From the sequence record SRR20825006_112: a stretch of DNA of 53,393 nucleotides; one strand, given 5' to 3'. The notes under the pieces are model-generated. The model saw nothing but the letters and a program-made list of their open reading frames with translations. It was not told where the DNA came from and made no database searches. A program made the translations under genes and the position numbers. Below are positions 21,821 through 31,158 of the stretch, in pieces. Within the stretch, counting starts at the first letter, position 1; each line of letters opens with the position of its first letter.

Positions 21821-21898
21821 GGGGATAGTTTCAAGTTGAAAGTTCGCCGTTGCAACGCGAACTATTGCCAAACCTAACGAACAACGCCTTTGCAGCGT

Positions 21899-22555
21899 CT
21901 AGCGTTCCGTTTGCAACGGCTGATCCGGCACTTCCGCCTGAATGCCACCGACCAGAAACGGCAGTAAGCGCTTGGTGATATCCGCTGTGCTCGCGTCCAT
22001 ATTGAAATCGGCCTTGCTGATGCTTTGCAGCGATTGCATGCCCGACAGAGTGAAAATGACCGCACCGAGGCTGAACTGTACACGCCAGAACAGCTCCATG
22101 GGCGGCACCCCGGGCACTGCCTGATGCAAATGGAGCTGCAATCGGGCGAACACGGCACCGTAGTGAGTATGGAGATATTCGCGCAGGTGCCCTTGGGGCT
22201 GGCTGTAGGCCTGACCCGAAAGGCGAAAGAAGATCGCCGCGCGTTGAGGGTCATCCGGGTGGGTACCCAGGGCCAGGCGAAACACGATGCCGAGCACGTT
22301 CTCGGGGGTATCGGGAATCCCGGAAGCTTCCATTTCGTCGAGTTTGGCATCCAGCGCCAGGCTGAAAGGCGTCAGAAAGCGTTCAAAGACAGCCTGAATC
22401 AGCGCTTCCTTGGAGCCAAAGTGGTAATTCACCGCCGCCAGGTTCACCCCGGCCTTGCTGGTAATCGCACGCAGGCTGGTTTCCGCGAAGCCCTTCTGGG
22501 CAAACAATACCTCTGCGGTATCAAGAATCCGGTCTACTGTGCCCGCCTGTGCCAT
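21899..22555 (-). CDS. psrA: TetR-family regulator PsrA
   Basis: TVDRILDTAEVLFAQKGFAETSLRAITSKAGVNLAAVNYHFGSKEALIQAVF; QGHLR; LFWRV. Adjacent to nagZ and preceded by PsrA-type operators. Confidence 0.88.
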   Translation of the reverse strand: MAQAGTVDRILDTAEVLFAQKGFAETSLRAITSKAGVNLAAVNYHFGSKEALIQAVFERFLTPFSLALDAKLDEMEASGIPDTPENVLGIVFRLALGTHPDDPQRAAIFFRLSGQAYSQPQGHLREYLHTHYGAVFARLQLHLHQAVPGVPPMELFWRVQFSLGAVIFTLSGMQSLQSISKADFNMDASTADITKRLLPFLVGGIQAEVPDQPLQTER

Positions 22556-22573
22556 AGCCTGCCCTGTGCGTTC

Positions 22574-22617
22574 AAAACATACGTTTCAAACATACGTTTG
22601 GCTGCCAGGAGGGTCAA
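22574..22617 (-). promoter_or_regulatory. psrA sigma70 promoter (TTGACC-17-TATGTT) overlapped by two tandem PsrA-type operators
   Basis: AAAAC-ATAC-GTTTC (22574-22587) and CAAAC-ATAC-GTTTG (22587-22600) fit the (C/G)AAAC-N2-4-GTTT(G/C) motif; -35 at 22612-22617, -10 at 22589-22594. Confidence 0.8.
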
Positions 22618-22672
22618 GAAAGAAAGGCGATCGTTCCCGTCAGGCCTTCGGCGTCCAGCGTCAAGCACTGCT

Positions 22673-23956
22673 CTAAAAGTAATACACCAGCTCCGCCTGA
22701 ACGAAGTCAGACCGGCTAATCGGGCCCAGGCCAGGATTGCTGTTGACGTTACACAGGACATCGCGATACAGCGCGGAGGCACTTTGGGGCTTGCCGGTAT
22801 CGGTATAGAACCTCGCTTCAAGGCTGGCCTTTAGACTGTTGCCAAAACGGCGGCTGGATTCCAGGCTGATGGCTTTTTCCTCGTCTTGGGTGTCATAAAT
22901 AATACCGGCGAGGATCTCCGTGGAGGCCACGTCATTGAAGGTAAAACGGGTCCCCAGCAGCACATCGCTGGCCAACGGCGACGCCAGACTGTCCTCCCGG
23001 TCTTCCCAGATGTACTCCACAATCCAGCCCAGATCCGTGGCCGTATCGAACAGCCCCACCTGGGTAAATTCAAAACCACCATCCACCGCAGTGAAACGCT
23101 CGCCCTGCCCGGACCGACTGATCGCTTCCAGCTTCCACAGCCAGCCGCTGTTCAGGTATTGCAACTCCAGACCGGTCTGGTCGATCACGCTGTACAAGGG
23201 GGTAAATTCCGGGTCGCTCCCCGACGGCAATTGCCCGGTGGCGATCAGTGCCTGCAACTCAGCCAGCGTCAGGGAATCCGGAATCAGCAACGGGTCGCGG
23301 CTGGTACCGGAAAAATGCGACAGGGCCAGCTCCAGCCCGTTGTCGAAGTACTGCTGGTAGCGAATGGCAAAATCCACCCGCTGGTTTTCTTTCGAGGATT
23401 CGTACTGGGTGTTATCAGACACCGGCAAAGGTGTACGCGGACGCCCCTCTTCACCCGCGTAGGTGCGCTCACGGAAACCGGGCAGCACGAACACATCGAC
23501 GATGCCCCAATCCCGTACCGTGGACAGATTAATCATGGGCTGGCCGAGCTTTTCCTCGCCATCCACCTGATCCACCTGATCGGTCTGGTTAATGATATCC
23601 ACCAGATGGCGGCCTTCGGTGACGCCCCAGAACACCTTGCGAATTCCCACCCGGGATTCCCAGCCATTGCCCACATGAATCCAGGACAGCTCACGGATGT
23701 CCCAGTGGGTGCGCTCAGAGTCATGCTCATCCACCCGGACATAGGGAATGAAGGTGAACAGGTCATCGCGGTTATTCCACTCATGGAAAACTTCCGGCTT
23801 GATATAGCCGGAACCATTAGTGGAATAATCCGCCTGGGGATAGGGAGAGTCCTGGGTAAAATAACGTCCTTCGAGCGCCACTTCACCGCGAAACTCCCAC
23901 GCAGGGGAAATGAGAGGCACCGTCAGCAACGATGCCGTTAGCAGCCAGTTTTTCAT
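22673..23956 (-). CDS. Outer-membrane beta-barrel protein of unknown function
   Basis: Signal peptide, amphipathic beta strands, VFWG...DIINQ motif, C-terminal aromatic beta signal (AELVYYF). Confidence 0.75.
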   Translation of the reverse strand: MKNWLLTASLLTVPLISPAWEFRGEVALEGRYFTQDSPYPQADYSTNGSGYIKPEVFHEWNNRDDLFTFIPYVRVDEHDSERTHWDIRELSWIHVGNGWESRVGIRKVFWGVTEGRHLVDIINQTDQVDQVDGEEKLGQPMINLSTVRDWGIVDVFVLPGFRERTYAGEEGRPRTPLPVSDNTQYESSKENQRVDFAIRYQQYFDNGLELALSHFSGTSRDPLLIPDSLTLAELQALIATGQLPSGSDPEFTPLYSVIDQTGLELQYLNSGWLWKLEAISRSGQGERFTAVDGGFEFTQVGLFDTATDLGWIVEYIWEDREDSLASPLASDVLLGTRFTFNDVASTEILAGIIYDTQDEEKAISLESSRRFGNSLKASLEARFYTDTGKPQSASALYRDVLCNVNSNPGLGPISRSDFVQAELVYYF

Positions 23957-23973
23957 GTTCTTAACGGGCGAAA

Positions 23974-24765
23974 TCAACGGGCGCGTTTCAGGCTGTTCTT
24001 GTTGAAATCCGATTCGCTCAGGCCCGTGTCATAGCGATAGTTGCTCCAGAACAGGTCCGTGGATTTCCCTGTCTGGTGATTGACCATGGACATCTTGCCC
24101 GGCTGCCAGTATTTGTCTTTGTACTGGGAGAAATCACTGGCCGTCAGCGTCTTAAGCAAGCTTTCCTTGCGATCGTAATAGTCCACTTTCCAGGTCCGGT
24201 ATTCCTGTTGGTCAATCCAGGAAACCTGCCGGGTGTAACCGGAATTTTCATCCTGCGGATAGCGCTCCACCACGAAGCAGGTCAGTTCGCCACACGCTTC
24301 GTCACGCAGGTACTTGTAGGTGTACTTCTCCACTTCCTGGCCGCGCATGTCTTCAAAACTGAATTCACTGCCCATGAAGGGGCCGGATTTGTTCCGTGAG
24401 GCAATGGTCTTTACCCGGCGCAATGCAGGCAGGTACAGCCATTGGTCATCATCACGGGTCTTGTAGCTGAACGTGAGCATGGCCGTGCCGCGCACGTCGC
24501 GGGGGGTATCGAAGATAGTCAGGCTCTTGTCACCCTCTTCCTCGCCGGTGCCTTCCAGCGTCTTCACTCGCAGCTCCCGGTCCGAGGTCTGGCCGCTCTT
24601 GCTGATCAGCACCATCTTCATGTCGGCCTGAAAATCCCCAAAGCCTTCGCCACGGCTATCCGCCTCCCGGGCGATCTCAAGGCCTTTTTCTTCCGGGGTC
24701 TGGGCCAATACGGCAGGTGTGGCCAAGGCCATTAACAAAGCGGCGGGCAGTAAACGGGCGTTCAT
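23974..24765 (-). CDS. LolA-like 'outer membrane lipoprotein-sorting protein'
   Basis: Signal peptide; PRDVRGTAML, DDQWLYLPALRRVKTI, FMGSEFSFED, YYDRKESLLKT, MVNHQTGKST. Confidence 0.88.
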   Translation of the reverse strand: MNARLLPAALLMALATPAVLAQTPEEKGLEIAREADSRGEGFGDFQADMKMVLISKSGQTSDRELRVKTLEGTGEEEGDKSLTIFDTPRDVRGTAMLTFSYKTRDDDQWLYLPALRRVKTIASRNKSGPFMGSEFSFEDMRGQEVEKYTYKYLRDEACGELTCFVVERYPQDENSGYTRQVSWIDQQEYRTWKVDYYDRKESLLKTLTASDFSQYKDKYWQPGKMSMVNHQTGKSTDLFWSNYRYDTGLSESDFNKNSLKRAR

Positions 24766-24880
24766 CGCATTCCTCACGGTGTACATGTCTGGGGCTGCGC
24801 CGGTAAAGCGGGCAACAGCATGTTTACCATGATAGCGATCTGGATAGAAACAGCGATGCCAGAAGGGGCCAAAAGATAAT

Positions 24881-25030
24881 TGGCAGTTGATAGTGGACAG
24901 CTACGCGCCCCTACGATGCTTCTGGTTTCCAACGTAAGAGGCCGCGCCCCTTCTCTGGGCGCGGCCTCTTACGTTGGAGCTAATAAAAGTGCTCAGCCGC
25001 GCACTGCCAACTGTCCACTATCAACTGTCA
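24881..25030. repeat. Nested inverted-repeat element (MITE/REPIN-like)
   Basis: Outer 20-bp IR, 24881-24900 and 25011-25030 (1 mismatch); inner perfect 22-bp IR, 24928-24949 and 24957-24978, with a 7-nt loop. Confidence 0.75.
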
Positions 25031-25045
25031 CCTGACCTTTGACCT

Positions 25046-25576
25046 TCACCACTCTTCCAGGTAGCCCATGCAATGCTCCACCAGCTCGCCCACCCGGGTC
25101 ACGCTGTCGGCAAGACGCTGGAGATCCCCTTCGGCCAAAGGCGCGTAGCGGTCCTCGGCCATCAGGTTGAGGGCATTTTCTTCGCTGGGTGGCGCCGGGC
25201 GACGGGCCAGGCCTGAGGCCCCCAGTGCCGTCTGCATTTCCCCATCCAGCCAGGCGATCAGATCCCCCCGGTCAGCACGGGCACGGGCCAGAATAGCGAT
25301 CTCCGGAGCTTCAACCCCGGCATCACGGAAAGCCTGCTCCAGCGCCGCCAGGCTGAACAAGGTGTCCGCACCGTCTACCTGAAAGGTCTTGCCGGATTGT
25401 CGCGCCAGCCCCACCAGCACCGAATACAGATGAAACACCACCGCACCGCGTAGCGCCAGGCGCACGGTGGGCGTGGCATCGGCTTGATCGTGGGTGAGTT
25501 GGCGTAACAGGGCATTGGCAAAATAAACTCGCTCGCGCAAACCGCTTACGGTGTTGTCTCGAACCATTCTGGACAT
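25046..25576 (-). CDS. Conserved hypothetical protein downstream of topA (DUF6586-like)
   Basis: ERVYFA...AVVFHLY and C-terminal EEW resemble the topA-linked family of Pseudomonadales. Start at ATG 25576 after GGAG. Confidence 0.65.
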   Translation of the reverse strand: MSRMVRDNTVSGLRERVYFANALLRQLTHDQADATPTVRLALRGAVVFHLYSVLVGLARQSGKTFQVDGADTLFSLAALEQAFRDAGVEAPEIAILARARADRGDLIAWLDGEMQTALGASGLARRPAPPSEENALNLMAEDRYAPLAEGDLQRLADSVTRVGELVEHCMGYLEEW

Positions 25577-25587
25577 AAAACACTCCG

Positions 25588-25647
25588 CTGCACGCACCAC
25601 GCGACACGCAGGCTGTCGCCTGCATGCGTGAAGCGTGATGCTTGCTG
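25588..25647. repeat. Inverted heptamer-repeat array around a central hairpin
   Basis: ctgcacg-caccacg-cgacacg, then the GCAGGC-TGTC-GCCTGC hairpin, then cgtgaag-cgtgatg-cttgctg. Confidence 0.6.
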
Positions 25648-25649
25648 GG

Positions 25650-28394
25650 TTACTTCTTGGCGGCAGCCTTTTTGGCCGGGGCTTTCTTCTTGGCTGCCTT
25701 TTTCTTGGCAGCGGCCTTCTTCTTCGCGGGGGCTTTTTTCTTGGTCTGTTCTTCGACCCATTTGCCGTCGCGATAGAACGCCATCCAACCAGTAGCCTTG
25801 CCGTCGATTTCGCTCATCACGTACTGCTCTTTCGCCTTGCGACTGTAGCGCAGCACGCCTTTGTTGCCGTCCGGGTCTTCGGCAGGCGCCTCAGCCAAAT
25901 ACGCGTGCTTCGGATCCAGCTGCTTGGCCACGCTCTGGATTTCTTCAATCAGCGGCGGGCGCGTTTCGCGGTTTTTCGGAAACTTGCTGGCGGCCAAAAA
26001 CAGGCCGGAGGCTCCATCACGCAACAGATAATGGTCATCCACTTTCTGGCACTGCAAATGCGGCATGGGGATGGGGTCTGCCCGCGGCGGTGCAGGTTCG
26101 CCGCTTTTTAACAGCTTGCGGGTGTTGCCGCACTCATCATTGGTGCACTTGAAGAACTTGCCAAACCGGCCGGTACGCAACTGCATCTCGTGCGCGCATT
26201 TCTCACATTCCAGTACCGGGCCATCGTAACCCTTGATCCGGAATTCGCCCTTCTCGACCACATAGCCATCACAATCCGGATTGTTACCGCAGATATGCAG
26301 CTTGCGCTTTTCGTCGATCAGGTAATTTTCCATGGCAGTACCACACTTCTGGCACCGCTTCTTGCTGCGTAGTTCGTTGATTTCCGCTTCTTCATCATCG
26401 TCCGCTTTCACCGTTTCGGCTTCTTCACCGGGCAGCAGATTCAAGGTGGCGGTGCAGCGCTCTTTCGGCGGCAGGCCGTAACCGGAGCAGCCCAGGAACA
26501 CGCCGGTGGAACCGGTGCGAATCTGCATCGGCCGGCCACAGGTGGGGCATTCTATGTCGGTATCAGTAGGCAGGTTGGCGCGCATACCGCCCACCGCCTG
26601 TTTGCCCGTCCCTTCACCTTGGGCCGCATCCAGCTTGCTGACGAAATCCTTGTAGAATTCGTTGAGCACGTCCTGCCAGTTTCGATGCCCTTCGGCGACT
26701 TCATCCAGGGTTTCTTCCATGCTGGCAGTGAAACCGTAATCCATCAGGTTGGGGAAGTTTTCCACCAGACGATCGGTGACGATGTCACCCATTTTTTCTG
26801 CATAAAAACGACGGCTGTCCTGACGCACGTAACCGCGATCCTGAATGGTGGAAATGATCGCCGCATAGGTGGACGGGCGGCCAATGCCGCGCTTTTCCAG
26901 TTCCTTGACCAGGCTCGCCTCGGTAAAACGGGCTGGCGGCTTGGTGAAGTGCTGATTGGCATCCACGTTATCGATAGACAGAACATCGCCTTCTTTCACA
27001 TCCGGCAACAGGGTGTCTTCCTGGCCCTTGCGTGAGGCTGGCGGCTGAATGCGGGTCCAGCCATCGAACTTCATGATCCGCCCTTTCGCTTTCAGCTCGT
27101 AGCCGTTACCGGTGGCGGTCAGGGTGGAACTCAGGTATTCCGCCGGGGGCATCTGGCAGGCGATGAACTGTCGACGAATCAGCTCGTACAGGCGCTGGGC
27201 GTCGCGTTCCATATCTTTCAGGGAATCAGAGGTGCGCCGCACATCCGAAGGACGAATGGCTTCGTGCGCTTCCTGGGCCCCTTCCTTGCTGCTGTAGGAC
27301 AGCGGCGCATCAGGCAAGTACTTGTCACCCAGTTTTTCGCCAATCCACTCCCGGCAGGCCGCCACGGCATCTGCACTCAGGTTGGTGGAATCGGTACGCA
27401 TGTAGGTAATGTGGCCGGCTTCATAAAGCCGCTGCGCCATCATCATGGTCTTTTTCACCCCGAAGCCCAGGCGGGTGCTCGCGGCCTGCTGCAGGGTAGA
27501 GGTAATAAAAGGCGCCGACGGCTTGGAACGGGTGGGCCGCTGCTCACGCTGACTGATCGTCAGGGTGCCGGCGTTTTCCAGTGCCTGCTTGTGGGCACCA
27601 GCGTCGTCACCATTATTGGGCCGGAACGCTTCACCATTGTGCTTGGCCACCTGCAAGCGCAGGGCTTCGCCATCGCCGCTGTGGGTGTCGCTGTACAACT
27701 CCCAGAATTCTTCAGGAATAAAGGCGCGGATTTCACGTTCGCGCTCTACCACCAGCTCCACAGCCACGGACTGTACCCGGCCGGCGGACAGGCCACGGGC
27801 AATTTTTTCCCACAGCAATGGGGAAATCATGAAACCCACCACCCGATCCAAGAAGCGGCGAGCCTGCTGGGCTTCCACCCGATGCAAATCCAGCTTGCCG
27901 GGCTCTTCAAAAGCCGCCTGAATGGCTTTCTTGGTGATTTCGTTGAACACCACCCGATCGAACCGGTCGTCATCGCCACCGATCACTTCCCGCAGGTGCC
28001 AGGCAATCGCCTCCCCTTCGCGGTCCAAATCCGTTGCCAGATAGATGCGGTCTGCTTTCGCCGCCAGACGTTTCAGTTCGTCGACCACCTTGTCCTTGCC
28101 GGGAAGCACCTCATAGTGGGCCGCCCAGCCTTTTTCCGGGTCGATCCCCATGCGGTTAACCAGCTGTTTCTTGGCCTTCTTCTTTTTATAGGCATCCCGC
28201 TCCTCCTTGGGCAGGGAGCGCGTATAGGCTGCTTCCTTGGCCCGCTCCTGAGGGGTGCTCTTTTTGGAGCCGCCACTGACCGGCAGATCCCGCACATGGC
28301 CGACACTGGACTTCACGATGAAGTCGTCGCCCAGGTAGCGGTTAATGGTCTTGGCCTTGGCAGGCGACTCCACAATTACTAGCGATTTTCCCAT
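25650..28394 (-). CDS. topA: DNA topoisomerase I (type IA)
   Basis: [39 protein letters not shown] (active Tyr), GIGRPSTY, zinc ribbons, Lys/Ala-rich tail. Confidence 0.99.
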   Translation of the reverse strand: MGKSLVIVESPAKAKTINRYLGDDFIVKSSVGHVRDLPVSGGSKKSTPQERAKEAAYTRSLPKEERDAYKKKKAKKQLVNRMGIDPEKGWAAHYEVLPGKDKVVDELKRLAAKADRIYLATDLDREGEAIAWHLREVIGGDDDRFDRVVFNEITKKAIQAAFEEPGKLDLHRVEAQQARRFLDRVVGFMISPLLWEKIARGLSAGRVQSVAVELVVEREREIRAFIPEEFWELYSDTHSGDGEALRLQVAKHNGEAFRPNNGDDAGAHKQALENAGTLTISQREQRPTRSKPSAPFITSTLQQAASTRLGFGVKKTMMMAQRLYEAGHITYMRTDSTNLSADAVAACREWIGEKLGDKYLPDAPLSYSSKEGAQEAHEAIRPSDVRRTSDSLKDMERDAQRLYELIRRQFIACQMPPAEYLSSTLTATGNGYELKAKGRIMKFDGWTRIQPPASRKGQEDTLLPDVKEGDVLSIDNVDANQHFTKPPARFTEASLVKELEKRGIGRPSTYAAIISTIQDRGYVRQDSRRFYAEKMGDIVTDRLVENFPNLMDYGFTASMEETLDEVAEGHRNWQDVLNEFYKDFVSKLDAAQGEGTGKQAVGGMRANLPTDTDIECPTCGRPMQIRTGSTGVFLGCSGYGLPPKERCTATLNLLPGEEAETVKADDDEEAEINELRSKKRCQKCGTAMENYLIDEKRKLHICGNNPDCDGYVVEKGEFRIKGYDGPVLECEKCAHEMQLRTGRFGKFFKCTNDECGNTRKLLKSGEPAPPRADPIPMPHLQCQKVDDHYLLRDGASGLFLAASKFPKNRETRPPLIEEIQSVAKQLDPKHAYLAEAPAEDPDGNKGVLRYSRKAKEQYVMSEIDGKATGWMAFYRDGKWVEEQTKKKAPAKKKAAAKKKAAKKKAPAKKAAAKK

Positions 28395-28570
28395 TCTCAG
28401 GTACTCAACATCCGGTCTAAGGCTCGTGATGGGCGCTATTTAGACAGCGCCGGTATAGGCGGGTCAAGCAGGAAGTGCCCCCGTTTTCCTTTTTTAGTAG
28501 TAGTACAGGCAGACCCGTCAGGGCAACCCTCATCTGTGAAACAGCCCGCTGGCAACCCCGACAAAGCGCG

Positions 28571-28577
28571 CTATACT
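28571..28577 (+). promoter_or_regulatory. CTATACT -10 element (RpoS-type) upstream of usp
   Basis: Exact match to the extended sigmaS -10 consensus, 33 bp before the GTG start. Confidence 0.4.
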
Positions 28578-28609
28578 GCAGGAAACCTCACGTTTTCAGG
28601 GAGAGAGCC

Positions 28610-29047
28610 GTGCCCAGTCCCTACCGCAAAATTCTGGTTGCCATCGATGGCAGCGATGAATCCCCCCAGGTGCTGTCCCGCGCAGCAGGCGTACTGTCAG
28701 GCAATGACGGTGAGCTGCATCTGATCCATGTCATCGAACCGCTGGCCCTGGCCTACGGGGCGGATGTGCCCATGGATGTGACGGACTTGCAAAGCGGCCT
28801 GATGAAACAGGCCCGTGAAATGGCGGACAAATACGCAGGGCAACACAACATTCCCGAAGCCAACGTTTATGTGGACATGGGGTCCATCGAAAAGACCATT
28901 CTCGACAAGGCGGACAAGATAGGGGCGGATTTGATCGTGGTGGGCAGCCATACCCGCAGCGGCCTGGCCCTGCTGCTGGGCTCAACCGCACGCGGCCTGG
29001 TACCCGGAGCCCATTGCGACGTACTGGCCGTCAAGGTCGATCAGTAG
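28610..29047 (+). CDS. Universal stress protein (UspA family)
   Basis: YRKILVAIDGS, ADLIVVGSH...LLGST, CDVLAV. GTG start after GGAG. Confidence 0.93.
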   Translation: MPSPYRKILVAIDGSDESPQVLSRAAGVLSGNDGELHLIHVIEPLALAYGADVPMDVTDLQSGLMKQAREMADKYAGQHNIPEANVYVDMGSIEKTILDKADKIGADLIVVGSHTRSGLALLLGSTARGLVPGAHCDVLAVKVDQ

Positions 29048-29097
29048 CCGCAACGAGCAGGAAAGGAATTCCGCACGCAAGCTGGCGCAAGCGAGAA

Positions 29098-29748
29098 TCA
29101 GGTCAGTTGTAGTGTGCCGGTGCTCGCCTGCCCTTCTCCATTCCAGCGGCACAGCAATTCAGCCAGCCCCTGGGCCTGCACCTTCAACGCGGCCAGCTCT
29201 TCCGGGCTGTTCTTCTCTCCGTGAAAAACCGGCAGTTTGCGCATGGAATGCACCAGTTCATGGGTCGGCGCCTGCATTCGCTTCACTTCCAGTGTCCAGC
29301 GAATGTGGTGAACGATCATATGGAAAAACGCCAATCGGGTCGCCAACGAATAAGGGCCTTCATCGTCATTGAATTCATTAAAATCCAGGCTCGCCAACAC
29401 CGCTTCGCGGGCGTTGTCTGCCACCGTAATCGTGGCACTGCGCGGTGTCCCTAACAACATGGACAAGGTGCCAAAAACCTCACCCGGAGACACATAATAA
29501 AGCGGGGATTCCGGCGCGGCGTCCGAAAGCACTTCCAACTGGCCCCGCAGCAGAAAATACAGAGTGGAGTCCACGTCACCGGCCCGGATGACGCTTTCTC
29601 CGGAAGCCGCCACCCAAAGGCGGGTCGTCTTTTCAAGCTGTTCAAATTCGTTCTGATCATCCCGGGCGATTTCATTAAAAAACGGCACACCAGCCAACAG
29701 CTGGCGCCGCCGTTGCTGGCCGAAATCGTTATTATTGGCCTGCTCCAT
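29098..29748 (-). CDS. Cyclic-nucleotide-binding domain protein without a recognisable Crp HTH
   Basis: VIRAGD...LYFLLRGQLEV...GEVFGTLSMLLGTPRSATI cNMP fold, followed by a helical C-terminus of unknown function. Confidence 0.8.
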   Translation of the reverse strand: MEQANNNDFGQQRRRQLLAGVPFFNEIARDDQNEFEQLEKTTRLWVAASGESVIRAGDVDSTLYFLLRGQLEVLSDAAPESPLYYVSPGEVFGTLSMLLGTPRSATITVADNAREAVLASLDFNEFNDDEGPYSLATRLAFFHMIVHHIRWTLEVKRMQAPTHELVHSMRKLPVFHGEKNSPEELAALKVQAQGLAELLCRWNGEGQASTGTLQLT

Positions 29749-29875
29749 CTACTATCCCCACTGTTCTGATGGAATCGTTATCAAGTGTACACATGCTAGT
29801 ACCCGCGCCTTAACAGAGCAACGACATGGACGTAAAAGCGGGATAAAACCTCGCTCGACAACTGTTCAAATAACA

Positions 29876-29891
29876 CTGTTCATATTATCAG
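29876..29891. promoter_or_regulatory. Candidate SOS (LexA) box
   Basis: CTG-TTCATATTAT-CAG (CTG-N10-CAG, AT-rich core, flanked by A and T) upstream of lexA; a second half-site ACTGTTCA lies at 29861. Confidence 0.6.
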
Positions 29892-30071
29892 TGCCTGTGC
29901 TAGCATCCAGAATGTAGCACTGCCTGTCAGCCACGACTTACAAGCCCAGGCACGCAACCATACAAATGCCTACAGCAACCCGTGACAGGCATGGGATGAA
30001 TACGACCCCGGCAAGGTTGCCTGCACGGCCACCGGCAGGCACTCCACTCTGCAGGAAACAGGGAGAAGGTT

Positions 30072-30686
30072 ATGAGCAGCAAACTTACCGACCGACAGCA
30101 GCAGGTTCTCGATTGTATCCGCGAATGCCTCTCGGACAGCGGCATGGCCCCCACCCGTGCAGAGATTGCCGACATCATGGGGTTCCAGTCCAAGAATGCG
30201 GCCTCGGATCATCTCCGTGCCCTTGAGCGTAAGGGCTATATCAAGCTGCACAGTGACCGCTCGCGGGGCATTCAGCTGCTGGATAACGCCTATTGGGGCG
30301 AAGAAGAACTGCCCATCGTCGGCAGGGTCGCGGCAGGCGTTCCCATCGAAGCCATCGAAAACGTGGAACGCACCGTGCCGGTCCCGCAAGGGCTGTTCAA
30401 GCAACGCCCGACCTATCTGTTGAAGGTTCAAGGCGACAGTATGGTGGATGCGGGTATCTTCGACGGTGACCTGATTGCGGTACGCAAATCCAATGTGGCG
30501 CGCACGGGTGAAATCGTGGTGGCCCGCATTGACGAAGAAGTCACGGTGAAGACCTTAAAGTTGAATAAATCCAGCGCCACCCTGCTGCCGGCCAACGAAG
30601 CCTATGAACCCATCAAGGTGCCCGCTGATCAACTTATCATCGAAGGCATTTTCGTGGGGCTGATTCGTGACCCAAACTCTTATTAA
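30072..30686 (+). CDS. lexA: SOS repressor LexA
   Basis: LTDRQQQVL, PTRAEI, cleavage site VAAG, catalytic GDSM (Ser) and VTVK (Lys). Confidence 0.95.
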   Translation: MSSKLTDRQQQVLDCIRECLSDSGMAPTRAEIADIMGFQSKNAASDHLRALERKGYIKLHSDRSRGIQLLDNAYWGEEELPIVGRVAAGVPIEAIENVERTVPVPQGLFKQRPTYLLKVQGDSMVDAGIFDGDLIAVRKSNVARTGEIVVARIDEEVTVKTLKLNKSSATLLPANEAYEPIKVPADQLIIEGIFVGLIRDPNSY

Positions 30687-31158
30687 AGCCTGTATCCACA
30701 CGGGTATAGGCACTTGCCTGATTGTATGGAGTGCATTTGCCATGGCTGATACCCATATTCTTGCGCCCTGTCCGGACTCACCCAATTGTGTGTCCAGCCT
30801 GGCGACGCAGGCCGATAAGCGAGTCGCTCCTCTACAGGTAGGTGCCGACCGGCAAAGCAGCCTGAAAAAGCTGGAAAGCCTGCTTGGCAACCTGCCCCGC
30901 GTGGACTATGAAGTGGTAGGCCAATCACGCATCCAGGCTCGCTTCACCAGCCGGGTTCTGCGGTTTGTGGACGATGTGACCTTCTATGTTCGCGATAACG
31001 GTGTGGTGGAAGTGCGCTCCGCCTCGCGGACAGGCTACTGGGATTTAGGTGCGAACCGTCGTCGGGTAGAATCCCTGCGCGAGCAGCTATCTGAACAGGA
31101 CACCGATGACCGCACCTCACAGCAACACGCCTTCGGAAACGCCGAACACCGCGTCTGA
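30667..31158 (+). CDS. DUF1499 family protein
   Basis: LAPCPDSPNCVSS, FVDDV, RSASRTGYWDLGANRRR. Start uncertain. Confidence 0.85.
   Translation: MTQTLIKACIHTGIGTCLIVWSAFAMADTHILAPCPDSPNCVSSLATQADKRVAPLQVGADRQSSLKKLESLLGNLPRVDYEVVGQSRIQARFTSRVLRFVDDVTFYVRDNGVVEVRSASRTGYWDLGANRRRVESLREQLSEQDTDDRTSQQHAFGNAEHRV

Noticed and set aside
22886-23941. 351-aa plus-strand ORF, with 22025-22834 similar
   Set aside because: Antisense shadows of the barrel gene and psrA.
24881-25030. CRISPR array or attC cassette interpretation of the repeats
   Set aside because: The repeats are inverted rather than regularly spaced direct repeats; no cas or integron integrase in the window.
27264-28382. 372-aa plus-strand ORF
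   Set aside because: Antisense to topA; no recognisable domain.
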